Shown here: piece after piece, positions 27,067-41,224 of the stretch | How the letters are laid out: each line of letters starts with the position of its first letter | Numbering within the stretch: position 1 is the first letter of the stretch | Source of the DNA: the human T2T-CHM13v2.0 reference genome, Homo sapiens | Assembly (NCBI RefSeq): GCF_009914755.1 | Contig: NC_060944.1 | Reading direction: 5' to 3' (one strand) | DNA length: 64,000 nucleotides | Position numbers and translations under genes: made by a program | The notes under the pieces: generated by a model | Database searches by the model: none | What the model was told of the DNA's origin: nothing | The model's input: only the letters and a program-made list of their open reading frames with translations

Positions 27067-28163
27067 CCCCTAGAGAGAAATAGCCCTAGTGGTGAAGCAT
27101 TCTACTTTTGGATTATAGAATTTGAGACATTTTAATTTTCTTTTGGTGTGCTTTCTCTGCATTTTCCCAAAATTGCCACCATGGGTGCACATAGCATATA
27201 CGGTGTTATGAGGATGTTAGACTCAAGGAAACCAGCTCTGCCACTTGCTAGCTGTCTGACCTTGGGGGAATTACCTAATTTCTTCATCTGTAAAGTGGGA
27301 ATAGCGACAGAACCTTTCTTAGAGGTTTGCTCCAAGGATTGTATAAGGTAACATATGTGAAATCCTAGCACGGCATCTGGAATGTGGCATGTGCTCAGGA
27401 AATGCCAGCTAGTATAACTGGACAAGCATTTGTAACTCGTGAAAGCATGATACCGTTTTTAAAAATTAAAACCACAAATGGCGACTCTCCCACTCCCGGG
27501 TGTGGAAGGAGCCCTGAGAAGGGACTGGATCATGGCTGGCTGAGGAGGGCTGAGAGGCCTGAGTTCCAACTCGACCTGCCTGAAAATGCACAAATGACTC
27601 CTTCTCCTCTTGATCAGTTTTCTGACTTTGAAAAGGATGGTGGTAAGGGGTGGATGTTAAGTCCTGCTCCTCTAAGCAGAGGCCCCAGAGGCCTGACGAT
27701 GATGCTATAACTCAGATCTCCAAGAAGGAGCTGATCGTGGTCCCACCCACCCCCTTTCCTAGCTCCATTTCTTCCCTGTGTCCACTTCCTAATGTACCTG
27801 CTTTGCCCCACTGAGACGTAAATAAACCCCAGGAACCTTCTTCCTAATCACACAGGACCCCAGTGATCTGGGGCACCTTCCCCACATCCAGCCTAGTAAT
27901 CAGCCTCTCACCCTTCAAGGTGGGACTCAGCACTCTCTGCTAAATGGAATCACCGTTATCTGCTCTGCTTGTCTTTCCTCCTGGGCTGAGAAAGTCCTGG
28001 TCCTATTTAGCACCATAACTTCAGTGCCCAGCACACTGGAGTGGGCCAGTGATATCTGTTGACTGCATAAAGAATGCTGTAAAATATGATCCAGGGCAGT
28101 GCCGAGCAGTGGGTGGGCTCACAGACTCGAGTGTCAGGCAGGTCAGTGTTTGAATTTATTATT

Positions 28164-28463
28164 ATAATTTTTTTTTTTTTTGAGACAGAGTTTCGCTCTT
28201 GTTGCCCAGGCTGGAGTACAGTGGTGTGATCTCGGCTCACTGCAACCTCCACCTCCTAGATTCAAGTGATTCTCCTGCCTCAGCCTCCTGAGTAGCTGGG
28301 ATTAGAGGCATGTGCCACCATGCACAGCTAATTTTGTATTTTTAGTAGAGACAGGGTTTCTCCATGTTGGTCAGGCTGGTCTTGAACTCTTGACCTTAGG
28401 AGATCCACCCACCTCAGCCTCCCAAAGTGCTGGGATTGCAGGCATGAGCCACCGTGCCCGGCC
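28164..28463 (-). mobile_element. AluS (Sq/Sp-like) inside a MIR
   Basis: Antisense Alu; TSD tgaa(t/c)tta(t/c)tatt. Confidence 0.93.
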
Positions 28464-29659
28464 TGAACTTACTATTGAATGGCCCTGGGCCAAAGATGGG
28501 CCTGTCCTTTCTGAGCTTTAGTTTCCTCATCTGCACAATGGGTATGACAATGGTATACCCCTCATAGTCTGACATTTCAGTAAGATTATCCAGGTAAAGT
28601 ATTCAGAATACCTGGCATATATGAAATAATAAATATTACTATCATAATGAGAATGATTATTAAAAATGTAAAATGACTTGGTGGCTATCTCCAGAAACCA
28701 GTTTCAGCACTTTCCTTTCAGATCTGGTTCGGGTCTGTGGGGTCAGAAGAACTCCCGGACAGAGTGCTCCCTGCACAAAAATGCCCGACTGAGAAGGGGC
28801 ACAAGCAGAGGTACAGCCTGTTTTCCCTTACCCAGCCGTGCACCCTGCTGGCACTGGAGAAAGGGGAACCTTGTTCTGATTCATCCTCCTAGAGGAGGCA
28901 GCGTTTTTAAAATTCAACCACCAGGATGGGGGTAGGGAGAGAAGTGCCTTCCTCTAACTTGCATAAGGATGCCATATAAGCGCTGTGTCTGGACCAGGTC
29001 CTCATTATGGGGCCACGAGAGGAAGGGCCACCCTGGGCTGTGCTCACTCTCAGTTCTAAGGATAACACAAAGGCCCCTCCAAGATTGTGCGGCCCAGGGC
29101 AGGAGTACAAATGGAGGACTTCATACTTATTCTAAATATGTAAAAGTTTAAATCAGGCTATTAAATAAAATATGTTCTATCTTTTCATTCTGACAAATAT
29201 GTCTTCATAATGACCTTCAAGGCCAGGACAGCTCAAATTTAGAATCCTCCAAGTGCCACAGATGAATGCGGAGGGGGAGGGAGCCAACCCTCAGCCATGG
29301 TCCACCCTTTCTCCCTCTGCTCCCATATCCAGAGGGCTCACTCTGCACATCTGTGCCGGCTGTCGCCTCCACAAACAGCACCTTCAGGGCCACCCTCAGG
29401 ATACTGCTGATGGATGCATCCATCCTCAGGAGAATGAAGCCAGGGAAGGGGTTGAGACAGACCCTGAAAGCTGACTCAGGGCCATTTGGGCAGGGAATTT
29501 CAGGGTCCCCACGTCTAGAACAGGCCTAGAAGGAGGAGTTCAGGTGGGTAATAAGAGTGAAGCCAGAGGCCTGACTGGAGGAGGGTCAGAGAACATTCCA
29601 GTAATGCTGGCGACCTGAGATCAGGGCCCTCCTTGCCCAGGTCTAAAGGTAGAAATGAA

Positions 29660-29948
29660 GGCTGGGCATGGTGGCTCATGCTTGTAATCCCAGTGTATTG
29701 GGAGACCAAGGTGAGAGGATTGCTTCAGCCCAAGAGTTCAAGACCAGCCTGGGCAACATAGCGAGATTCTGTCTCTACAAAAAAAATAAAATTAGCTGGG
29801 CAGGCTGGCATGTACCTGTAGTCCCAGCTTTTTGGGACGCTGAGGCAGGAGGATCACTTGAGCCCAAGAGTTTGCGGCTTCAGTGGGCCATGACTGAGCC
29901 AGTGCACTCCAAGCCTGGGTGACAGAGTGAGACCCTGTCTCTAAAAAT
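29660..29948 (+). mobile_element. AluJ
   Basis: Alu dimer; TSD aaagg.ag.aatga. Confidence 0.92.
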
Positions 29949-31225
29949 AAAGGCAGGAATGAGACAGTACCCAATTCTACCGCCAGCCAGGTCTGATATT
30001 CACCAAATGGGTCATGAGAAAACTCACAAGAGGTTTATAAGGGGTGATTCCTTTGGGAACTGTGGTCTCCAATTTTTACCAAAGCCTTTCCCAAATCAAC
30101 AGATGTACCAACCACTTGGGGGTGAGGTAGGCATGAAGCTTCTCTCGCTTTCTTCCCCAGCAAGGCTCAGATTGAGGAGTCGCATCTGTAGGCCCCATCC
30201 CAGCCTGGGCCTTTTCTGGGGCTGGAGACATTCAGACCCCACTCCCAATTCCTGACCAGGGTTGAGTTCGTCAACCATTCAAACTTAGCCTTAACTAAAG
30301 AGCGGTTTTCCTGTATTTTTTTATTTTAATTTTTTAAAGACTTAGACATTTACCTCTGGAGAGAAATTATGGGCTTCAAGAGTTCTTGACAAAGAGCTTC
30401 GTTCCAGAAATATAAAGCCGGCATTTTAAATTTGGTTCTTATTCACTGCTGGAAAGTATTAGAATGAAGATTACAAATTTAATAATGTAACACGGCAGGA
30501 ACTGGCCTGGCCTTGTCTCCAGGAGAGTAATTTGTTCCTGCCTTCAAACCGGCACTTCCCAGCCTCCCGGCATCACCAGACCAGCCTGGTGCCACACTGC
30601 TGACTTTTTTTGTCTCTTGCGCACTGGCCCACGTGGCCAGCCCAGACACCAGGAGATATCACTATCCTGGCCTGAGAACTAGGGATAGATGGTCAGATCT
30701 GTCTGGGGAGAGCCACTATAACCAAAGGGAGCCATCTCTGGGTCTCTTGGCTTCACTCCTTGCCTGCGGCCAGAGAGGTATTTAAAGATTGGCAAACCCC
30801 AAATCTGAGTTTGTCACATCCCTGCTAAAAACCCAAGAGGGGTTCCAACTGACCTTAAGCTCAAGCCCAAGAGCCTCACCTTTAAAGGCCTAGTATCATC
30901 CAGTTCTGCTACCTCCCAACAACATACCCCTTTCCCTGGGCTTTCAAAAGACCATGGCCCACTCCTGCCTCAGGGCCCCTGCACAACTGCTAATACTAAC
31001 AAGAGCTAACATTTATTGAGCACTAATTATGTACCACGCACTGTGCTAAGGGCTTCACAGGTGTCCTCTCACCCCTACCCTGTAAGGTAGGCAATGGAGC
31101 CAAGTGGCGAAGCTCCAGAGCCCAAAGAGCTGGACTTGAATTCTGCCTTGGACCCTGTGTGATCTTGGGCAACTTACCTAATGTTTCTGTGCCTCAGTTT
31201 CCTCATCTATAAAATAGGGATAGCC

Positions 31226-31584
<359 letters not shown>

Positions 31585-32819
31585 TCAGAATGCAAGGGGT
31601 GCCATGTGAGCCATGGTAATTATCTGTATCGGCCTTTTACACAGAGAGAAACAGAAGCACCACCAAGTGAAAAATAATGTGGAACAGGTCACGCAGCAGC
31701 TAAGCAGAGTGTGGTCTCCAGACTCTGAAGCCCTTAATTTTTACCATGATATGCCCATTGTAGAAAATCTGGAAAATACAAAAAAAGCACAAACTAGAAA
31801 GCAAAAACTATCCATAATTCTGTCATGCAGAAGCAATTATAGTTATTTCCATCTGTGGGGAGAGGGGAGCGGGAGCGGGAGAGACAGCCAGAGAGTCCAG
31901 GATTCCATCCCCCTTCCCATCACTATCAAGTCTGTGTTCACAGCATCCTGTCTCACCCCCTCCCCTCCCCTGCCGTGCCTTCACTTGGCCAACGCTACTC
32001 ACACCTCAGGTCTCTGCTGAGCTGTCCCCCTCCCTGTGCCCCCCACCCAACATGTCAGTTCTCCCTGCTATGGCCTTTCCCAGCACCCTGTACTTGTCTT
32101 ATATGCCTCTTTATCACAGGCATGATCGGATTATTAGTTGCTTCTTCAAGCTGTGTAATGTCCAACAACCCCCCTCACCCCAGGAACCAGAATGTAATTC
32201 CATGACAACAAAGACTGGACTTGCCTTAGGTCACCAGAACACAGCTTGGCCATGAGCAACTACTGGAGAAGAAAGAAGGAAATAGAGTGGGGAGGAAGGA
32301 GAGGAGAGAGAAGGGGAGGAAGGGAGGGGCTTGGGATTCAACTCTGCCTTTCCCAAGTCAGTGCCCATTGGTGGGATGCAGATGGGAATCACACAGTCCC
32401 TGCCCTGCAGGGGCTCACAGTGTGACAGTGAAAAAGTGAAAAGCCAGACTGTGCAAGCACAGGAGAAGGAGAAAAGCAAAGTACCACAGGGGCTCCCAGG
32501 AATGGTCACCTCCACCCTAGAGAAGAAGGGTGTGCTTCCTGGAGGAGGTGACCCTGGAGCCCTGGAGAAGGAGACATCAGGCACCCCAGCTGAGGAAATG
32601 GCCTAAGTGAGGCATGGAGGGAGAAAACTCAAACAAGACTGTCAAATATGAAGAAGCTGGGTTTTGCCTGGAAGGAACAAATGCTTGGAAGAGCTGTAAA
32701 TATGAAGTCAACTAATCTGGCTCTATACAACACTTGTTTCCTGTGTTCATCCTGTGCCTTTCTAGTACATTCTCCAAATAGTCAAACAAGCCATTCCTCT
32801 GAGCTGGAGTGAGCAATGC

Positions 32820-33550
32820 TGTCATTCCTCATGTCCTAACCCCTTGTCCTAGCCCAGTCTCCTATTGCCAGCACCTGCATTTCTCTGCCTGAGGGCTACC
32901 ACCCATGGCAGGCTGGAAATAAACAGGCAATAACCAACTCTCTGATCTTCCCTAGCAGCTCTTAACCAATTACTGATGGGAACTGCTGTATAAATACCTG
33001 AGCTCCCTCTTTCCTGGGTGGGATAACTAAAGCGCGTGTTCTACCCCAGGAGTCTGCAAACTATGGGCCTCGGACTAAATCCATCTTGCTGCCTATTTTT
33101 GTAAATAAAGTTTTATTAGAACACAGCTCACCCTTTCATTTACATATTGTCTGGGGCTGCTTTCTCACTACAACTTCATGATTGAGCAGTTACAACAGAG
33201 ACTGTAATCCTGCAAAGACTAAAATATCTACTGTCTGGCCCTTTACAGAAGCAGCTTGCTGAGTTCTGTGCTACACTGTCTCCCCAGAAGTCCCCAGCAA
33301 GACTAAACTCCAGTTGCCCTTGCTTGGGTTAACCTGCCTGATAATACACAGTCTCCTGACTTCTTTCTCTGCCTCACTTTCTCACTCCCATCCTGGGGTT
33401 TCATCCATCACCTTTGTGAACCATATGAAGCATACAAAATTCTATTAGACTGCTTCCACTAATAAAATGGCAGTTTCAGGTGGTTTGCCCTAATACTTGT
33501 ACTTGATTCCTTGTGTCAGGCTCTGTTCTGGGAAAACCTAAACTAGGAGA
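32820..33550 (+). mobile_element. LTR16-family LTR with a nested MER58-like DNA transposon (~33045-33270)
   Basis: tataaatacctgagctccct and ctctgttctgggaaaacctaaactagga; insert ctgcaaactatgg...gtaaataaagttttattagaacacagc...ctggccctttacagaa. Confidence 0.65.
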
Positions 33551-34369
33551 GCAGGGCAAGTGTCATCATGCCCATTTTACAGACGAGCCCTAATTTAAAG
33601 CTGTTCCCTGCACACACATTGTCTCCTCAGCAAAGGCAGAGGTCAGCCTTGGTTTGAGACCCTTCCCGCACTCCCCAGTCAGAGCCTTGCCATGTGTCTT
33701 TGATATGTGCAGTATCATTAAACCACCTGTAGGTTACCTCCTGCTTATAGCTGTGAACCTGTTCATCTAATGAGGAAATCAAAGTTCAAAGAGGGGAATG
33801 ACTTGCCCAGGGTCAGTTGGCAAACTGGCAGAAATGAGATCTCAAACCCAGGTTTCTTTATGACAAATCCAGGGCTCATCCCACGACAAATCAACTACCC
33901 CTTCTGCTTTCACCTCAGGCCACCTATTAGGGCCTCTGCCCTCCTCTCTGGATACACGGCCAACTTTTCATGAGGATCAGGCAGGCTCAAATATATTAAA
34001 ATCCTTTGTCAGACACAAAAGACTTCATGTCTGCAAGGTGCAAAGTAGAAAGTCAGGACAGGCACCCTCCAAAGAGGGACTTGGAAAGAGGCCCACAAAG
34101 AAGCATGAGATACATGTATATATTCATGAAAAACATTAAATACAGTACAGAATGCTGGAAAGAACACAAGTGTTGGAATAGGCCTGGGTTTGAAGTCCTG
34201 TTCTGCCCCTCACTAGCTGTATGACCTTGGCCAAGTCAGAAGTCCATCCAGATGCTCAATTTCTCCATATGGCCGAATGTAATGACTATGCCCACCTTGT
34301 GGAGGGTGACCTGAAACGAGGGTTGGACACTGCTGAGCACAGAGCTGAGCACACCCACTCTCCCCACTC

Positions 34370-34790
34370 TGTAGTCAGGGGTTCCCAGACAGTGGGTGAG
34401 TGGACCCCACTGGTATCCTGGCCAGATCCCCCATGCTAAGCAGGTCCCCCATCACTCAGCTGCCATGAGTATCTGCTGGTGCCGGCTCACAGCTGCCCCA
34501 TCTTTGGACAACTGCCCTTAGCTCATAGGAGCTGCCTTGCCCCAACAGTTATGCCCTCGGGGGACTACCCTGCTATAGGAGTACCGAAGCCTAGTCAACC
34601 CTGCCATGCCATCCATTCTCCAGAGCTCCCCAGGATCTGGCTGAAGTTAGCCTGCAGCCAAGTGCCCATGTCTGGCTGCTTCTTCTCCTGCCCCATGCTG
34701 CGTCTCCCTCTCCCTCTCTTGCAGGTTTCACCTGCGAGCACTCCCACAGAGCACTTGCACAAAAATCCACTTCTCAGGCTAAGACAGTGG
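34370..34790 (+). mobile_element. LTR16-like ERVL LTR
   Basis: cacttgcacaaaaatccacttctcaggctaagaca end; tcagctgcc..gagt..tgctg internal motif. Confidence 0.5.
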
Positions 34791-34892
34791 AAACAGGAGT
34801 GAAGAGTTCTCCTGATTTTCTGTATTCGTTACAAAATCAAGTGACTTCTGGGGAAAGTCCAGAGAAGAAGGTACATGTTAAATTCTCCCTTG

Positions 34893-35188
34893 AGCCGGGT
34901 GTGGTGGCTCATGCCTGTAATCCCCGCCCTTTGGGAGGCTGAGGTGGGCAGATCACCTGAGGTCAGGAGTTCGAGACCAGCCTGCCCAATATGGTGAAAC
35001 TCCATCTCTACTAAAAATATAAAAATTAGCTGGGCATGGTGGCACGCGCCTGTAGTCCCAGCCACTCAGGAGGCTGAGGCAGGAGAATTACATGAACCCA
35101 GGAGGCAGAGGTTACAGTGACCTGAGATCATGCCACTGCACTCTAGACTGGGCAACAGAGCAAGACTCCATCTCAGAAAAAAAAAAAA
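34893..35188 (+). mobile_element. AluS (Sx-like)
   Basis: Full-length; TSD aaatt.tcccttg. Confidence 0.94.
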
Positions 35189-36451
35189 TTATCCCTTGCT
35201 AGAGCCACACACCTGACTCCCCTCAGGGCCCAGCTGCCCAGTTTGGGGGTCCCTCTGCGAGGACTTAGCATGCCCAGTAGAAGCTGGGCACAAATGGTAA
35301 GTTTCCTGAGGCCAGATGGCTCGGGGGTGGCTCGGCCAGGGCTTGGATGGGCCCCGGAGGCACCTGGTCCAGTCTTGGTGTTGGGCCCAGGCTGATGAAA
35401 GATGCTGCTCAAGACATTTGCTGAGGAACTAATTAATTTTCATTAGAGGACCCAATTAGTGAGTGCAGTGAGTGTGGTGGAATATCTTTCCACCCACTCT
35501 CAGGGTGACTCCAGGTGGCGTTCACTAGGGACACTGAGTGCTGGAGATAAAGGCAGCAAACTTGAGGCCTCAGGTGCCGCAGGGTCCATGATGGCTACTT
35601 GGGGTGCCTCAGGGGACAGGGAGAGATCCTGAGCTGTGTATCCAGAAACATCATTGCCACAGACCTCCTGTGAGGCTTCAGGCCAATTGAGATTGCTCTC
35701 TGGGCCTCAACTAAGATAGCCACAGTAGATGACCTCAGAGGGACTTTCAACTAAAATAATGACAGCTAACACTCTTAAGACACTTTCACTGTGTACCAGG
35801 CTCTCTACCAATATTTATTCATCTAATCCTCTTGACACCTTCGAGGCAGGATGGGGCTATGATAAGCCCGTTTTGCGATGAGGAAACAGGCTCAGGGAGG
35901 TTAAGTGACTTGCTCAGAGTCACACAGCCAATAAGCGGCAGAGCCAAGATTCAAATCCAGGTTATCTGGCTGTGGAGCTCGTTACTTTCACCATGCTATA
36001 CTGCCTAGTGCAACCCAACTTCTCTGGAACTCTCACAGTGCCTGGCACAGGGATGGGCACCACCATAAGTGCTTAATAAGAATTTAAAAACAGGAAAATA
36101 AGAAAAAACTGGTAGCCTGAAAGAGTGTGATGGTGGCTTGTGGGAGTGGGACTGGATAGCTGAGTAGAAGGGAGATGCCATTTCTTTGGATGTCCTCTGG
36201 TGCTGTTCGGCTTTTTTACGATGTATCTACATTATCAGCAGTAATAACAGCATAAAGCATTATAAAAGCTGATAACAGTGCTTGTACCAGGGATGGGACA
36301 TGAGGATCAGAAGACAGGGGTGCCCAGGACACTTCCCCCGGATATTTTTCATGTGTTTAAAATGTTGTAGCATCTGCATATATTACCTAATCCAAAAAAA
36401 TACTTTAAAAATTATCCAAGACCAATCAAGCAAAGATCAGCTAGAGAGAAA

Positions 36452-36470
36452 CTGGCAGGAGGGGGCGCTC
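36452..36470 (+). promoter_or_regulatory. CTCF-like motif
   Basis: CTGGCAGGAGGGGGCGCTC vs TGGCCACCAGGGGGCGCTA; AGGGGGCGCT core intact. Confidence 0.35.
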
Positions 36471-39400
36471 TGGGGATGAAAAATAACCATCTAGGGGCTA
36501 CCGCAGAGTCAGGGGGAGACAAAGGAGGAACTGGAGGGCCTGTACAAGTGTCCTACCTTCTCTGGGAGACTCTGGGTATATCTAAACCAAGCCCACCAGC
36601 CTCTCACTCTGCAGGCAGGGATACTGAGGCCCAAAGAGTCAAAAAGTGGGTGTAGGAGACACTGAGACTCGGCGATGAACAAAGTCCTTCTCTCTTCACT
36701 CCTCATGCAGCCTTTCAGGCTCCACTGTGCACACAGTAAACACCACATACCTAGACCAGAGCGAGGAGGCCTGACGCCAGCTGTGTGCTGCCCCATCCCA
36801 CCCTTCCTCCACCCAGATGTGCACATCACATCATTTTTATGAAGTCTACAGGAAAAGGAAAGGCGGCAGCTTCCATAGCTTGGATGTCTTCTATGTGTTG
36901 TACATACATCCTCTGGAATTCTCACAAGGTATCTCTAATTCCATTTTGCAAAGGACAGGCTGAGGCCTAGATCAGTTACATACCACAGTCATGATGCACA
37001 GCTAGAAAGGGCCAGAGATGCAAACCCAGGTCTTTGGGCCTCCCAAGTCCGCTCATTTTTACTATCCCAAGCCACCCCTCACAGAGGGTATTTCCCATCA
37101 GTTTAGGACAAGTCCCACCCGGAAACTATTTTTAAGTGCCTTTGTCTTCAGATTCTGAGTTGTATGGGGCTGGGTGAGAATCTCATCACATCAAGGTTGG
37201 TCCCCTGCCTCCAACCTGAGCTAGACCCCAATCTTCCCTAGAAAATTATCAGCGACCCCTTTCTTAGAAACATCTGAATAAACTGACTCAGTAAACTCCC
37301 CCGGGAGCATTTCCCAGCACTTTGCCCCCTTTACATCGATGATTCCTTTGATTTACTTCTTCCCAGTAGAGGTTTGTCCTCAAATGAACTTCCTGGTTTT
37401 AACACATAGCCCTCCCTTTTCCCAATGCAGAAAAGGGACCATGTCCTGTTCTCTCTGGACGAAAAAGGAGCTAGACCTGAATCCTCAGAATTCCCAGAGC
37501 TGTCTGGGTCCAATATCCCATGCAATGGTCTCATGGCCTGATGCATTGCTCATTTTGACTCACTTATCCTTTGTACAAATGACTTCCTAGAGGCTTTATG
37601 AGGGCCTACGTGTTAAACCTGGCACAACGCAGGCAGCAGCTGAGACTCATTTGGATCATAGACTCTGTGACAGAAACAAGAGGGCCTGAAGACCATACCC
37701 AGGACTGAATTTGGTACCCAGTGTCCCAGCATCTAAGACATCAGGAGCCAGGAGATATCCCACGTTGGCAAGACCCCTTCAGTTCTCTCCAGCCTTTTCC
37801 TCCAACCCAGTGGTTCTCAAGGTAGGGTCCCTGGATCAGTACCATCCGAATCTGCATCACGTGGGAACTTGTTAGCAATGAAATCCTCAAGTCCCTCCTG
37901 CCCCCAAACTAAATAAAAGACTCTGGGTGGGCCCAGCAGTCTGCATTAAGAAGCCCTCCAGAGGATTCTGAGGCTCACTCAAGTTTGGCGGCCCTGCTCT
38001 AACCCATTTAAACTGACAACAGCCACTGTGACAACTGCAGCTGCTACCAATGACTGGGAACCTACTATGTGCCGAGGGTTAAACATGCACTCTCATCCAT
38101 TAATCCTCATAGCAAAGGACACCTTATTCCATACGTCCAGCTCTGGGTTAGGTGTGTTGTGTGCATGATGTCATTTACTCCTTACTATAACCCTCTTGAG
38201 TATTTACTATTATTATGCCCCATTTTACAGATGCGGACATTGAACCCCAGAGGGTTGAAGCAACTTGCCTACAGTCATACAATTTAGAAGTGGCAGTCAA
38301 GATGAAAATTCAGATCTGCCGGATTCCAAAGCTATGTTCTTTCTGTCCGTCCATGGAAGTTCCCCAGGGTCTCTCACACCTACATCATCAGTCTGGGTCA
38401 GGTGAGATTCGAAGAGGGGTGGAGGCAGGCAGGGTGAGCAGAAAGAACCCAGCCTGGACTCCACAGTGCCTTCCAGCTACAGCGTGAAAGGAAGCTGCGT
38501 TATGCATGTAAAGGCACAGCCATCTGCGCCTAAGGAACATAAAAAACAGGGATTCAGGGGGCATGAGTTCTTGGCCTCTCTCTAACTTCACCCAGCTGGG
38601 GGCCTTTTCTTTTCCTTCTTCGGACCTCAGTTCCCGCACCAGATAATCTTTATCCTCTACAAGGCTGAGATAATTTGCCCCCTTCTCTGATCTTGTCTCT
38701 CTAACCACACTGGTCTGTCATCTCTAGCCACACTGGTCTGCTTTCTATTCCCTAAAACTCAAACTCGCACTGACCTCAGGGCCTTTGCACAGTTATTCCC
38801 TCTGCCTGGAACACTCTTCCTCCTCATATTCCCATTGCTGGCTCTTTGTCAGTTAGGCTTTATCTCAGATATCACCTCCTTAGCCTTCCCTGACTACCTT
38901 ACTTAACATTATCTCCTAGCCCATCATCGTTCCATTTTCATTCCACTTAGCAGAACCTGAAATTCTTTATTGAATTGGTTACCTATTTATTGTCTGTTTC
39001 CCCCACCCCAGAATATAACTCCCTGAGAGCAGAAACCATGTCTGACTTGTTCCTTGATATATCCCTAGCACCCTAGCACCTAGAACATTAACACTGAGCA
39101 GCTCATTAACTACTAACTGAATGAACAAATACCAGAAAAGAAAACCTGGACTCAGAGGTCAGAGCTCTGGATCCTTAATATGTGACCTTGGCAAGCCACT
39201 TCGCCTCTTTGAGCCTGTTTCCCTACTTGCTTAATGAGGAAATGGGCTAGATGCTCTCCAAGGGTCCTTCCAAGACTTCCAGTCTTGGAAAGCCAGACCT
39301 GGAAGCAGCCCAGCTGGTCCATCCAGAGAAGGCAGCTGGCCAGGGTCCTGGCAGCAGCTGCCCTCTCGCCACCCCCATCCACATCCCTGCCCAGCCACAC

Positions 39401-40852
39401 AGTCATCTCACTCCCCCGTTGCAGAAACTGTTAATGAAGTGCGCACTGCTAAATGCAGTTACAATTACGGGGGCTAAGAATAAGGCGCTGACATCAGCCT
39501 CCTCAGTTTCCGAGTGAATCAGAAGGGGAGGGGGGAGGAAGGAAAAAAGGGGAGGGGGGATGGCGCTCTGGAGCTGTCAAGTGGAAATAGCACAGCGTTA
39601 AATATAATCCAGCACTGGCCTACATCAGTCTGGAGAGGCAGGTGATGGCTTGGCCCCCAGGGCCAGGGCAGACAACTGGATTCTTCAAGGAGGCCAGGCA
39701 GCCACGGCAGCTGAGGGCCAACTGTGATAGGGATCAACCAGGAACCAGTGGCAGGGAAGGCACTCCAATGGGTGGGTGGATTGTAGCAGGGTGGTGGACC
39801 CTGGTGGGACACATCACACCCAGGCCTTTGTCACCTGCTGTTCTGACAGCACAAGCACAGCCCCAGGAGCTTACATAGTCCTGTCCCACCCAGGATCTCA
39901 TTTCATGCCCAGAAGCAGAAGATGGCCTAGAGTCAAACACACCTGGGTTTGAATCACCACCCTATAACCTGAGAAAGTCATGAATTCAACTGCTCTAAGC
40001 TGCCTGGCTTTCCTCATCTGCAAAATGGGTACATCTGCAACAGCAGCTACCCCTTCAGGTTGCCATAGAATTCAGTGCGATCACAGAAAGCAATGAGCAT
40101 GGCCAAGCAAGCCCATCAATCATTTTATTTTTATAATCCTGAGAGATGCTTGAACAAAAATAATTAACCCTTTTTTTCCAGATGAGGCTCAGGAAGGTTA
40201 AGAGACTTGCTTGAGGTCAGAGCCAGAGCAGATTCAAATCCAAGCCCAGGTATCTTTCCAATACAAAAAGGCAGTGGAACTGACGAGGAATGCAGAATGG
40301 GAGAAGGTTTATAGTGGGGGAGATACTTCACCCTTTTGAGCACATTCACCAAAAGTGGCACCTTTCCAGCAATTTTTAAAAGACATGATGAAATGATGGT
40401 TGCTACGGCCATAAAGAAAAGACACAGAGGAGGCAAAGTAGAAAAAAGTCCCTCAGACAGACAAGAGGGTCGGCTGAGGGTGAAGGCTTCCTTCCATTCT
40501 CGCTCTCCTCCGCATCTCTCCCTTCACCCCCACTCAGCCTTCAGTTGGAACTTGCTCTGCCTCTGGTTCTAGCAGGGAGTGGGGAGGGATGCAGAGCCAC
40601 ATCCTGAAAGGGAAACAAGGTAGATGGACCTCTCTCCCCCTTCCCACCAAACAGAACTAGGTGGGCCTATGGCAGCTGCAAACCGAGGAAGCTGGAGCCA
40701 GGAGTCTAGGGGATTGGGGATGGGGAAGGGGGTGCCTAAGGGAGACAGAAAATAAGGAAAGAGCACTGATTGCACCACAGCAGACCTGCAGACCAGTGAT
40801 CTGTACAATGGGGTAAGGCGTGAATCCTCATGCACCTGATTTTCTAAGATCA

Positions 40853-41224
<372 letters not shown>

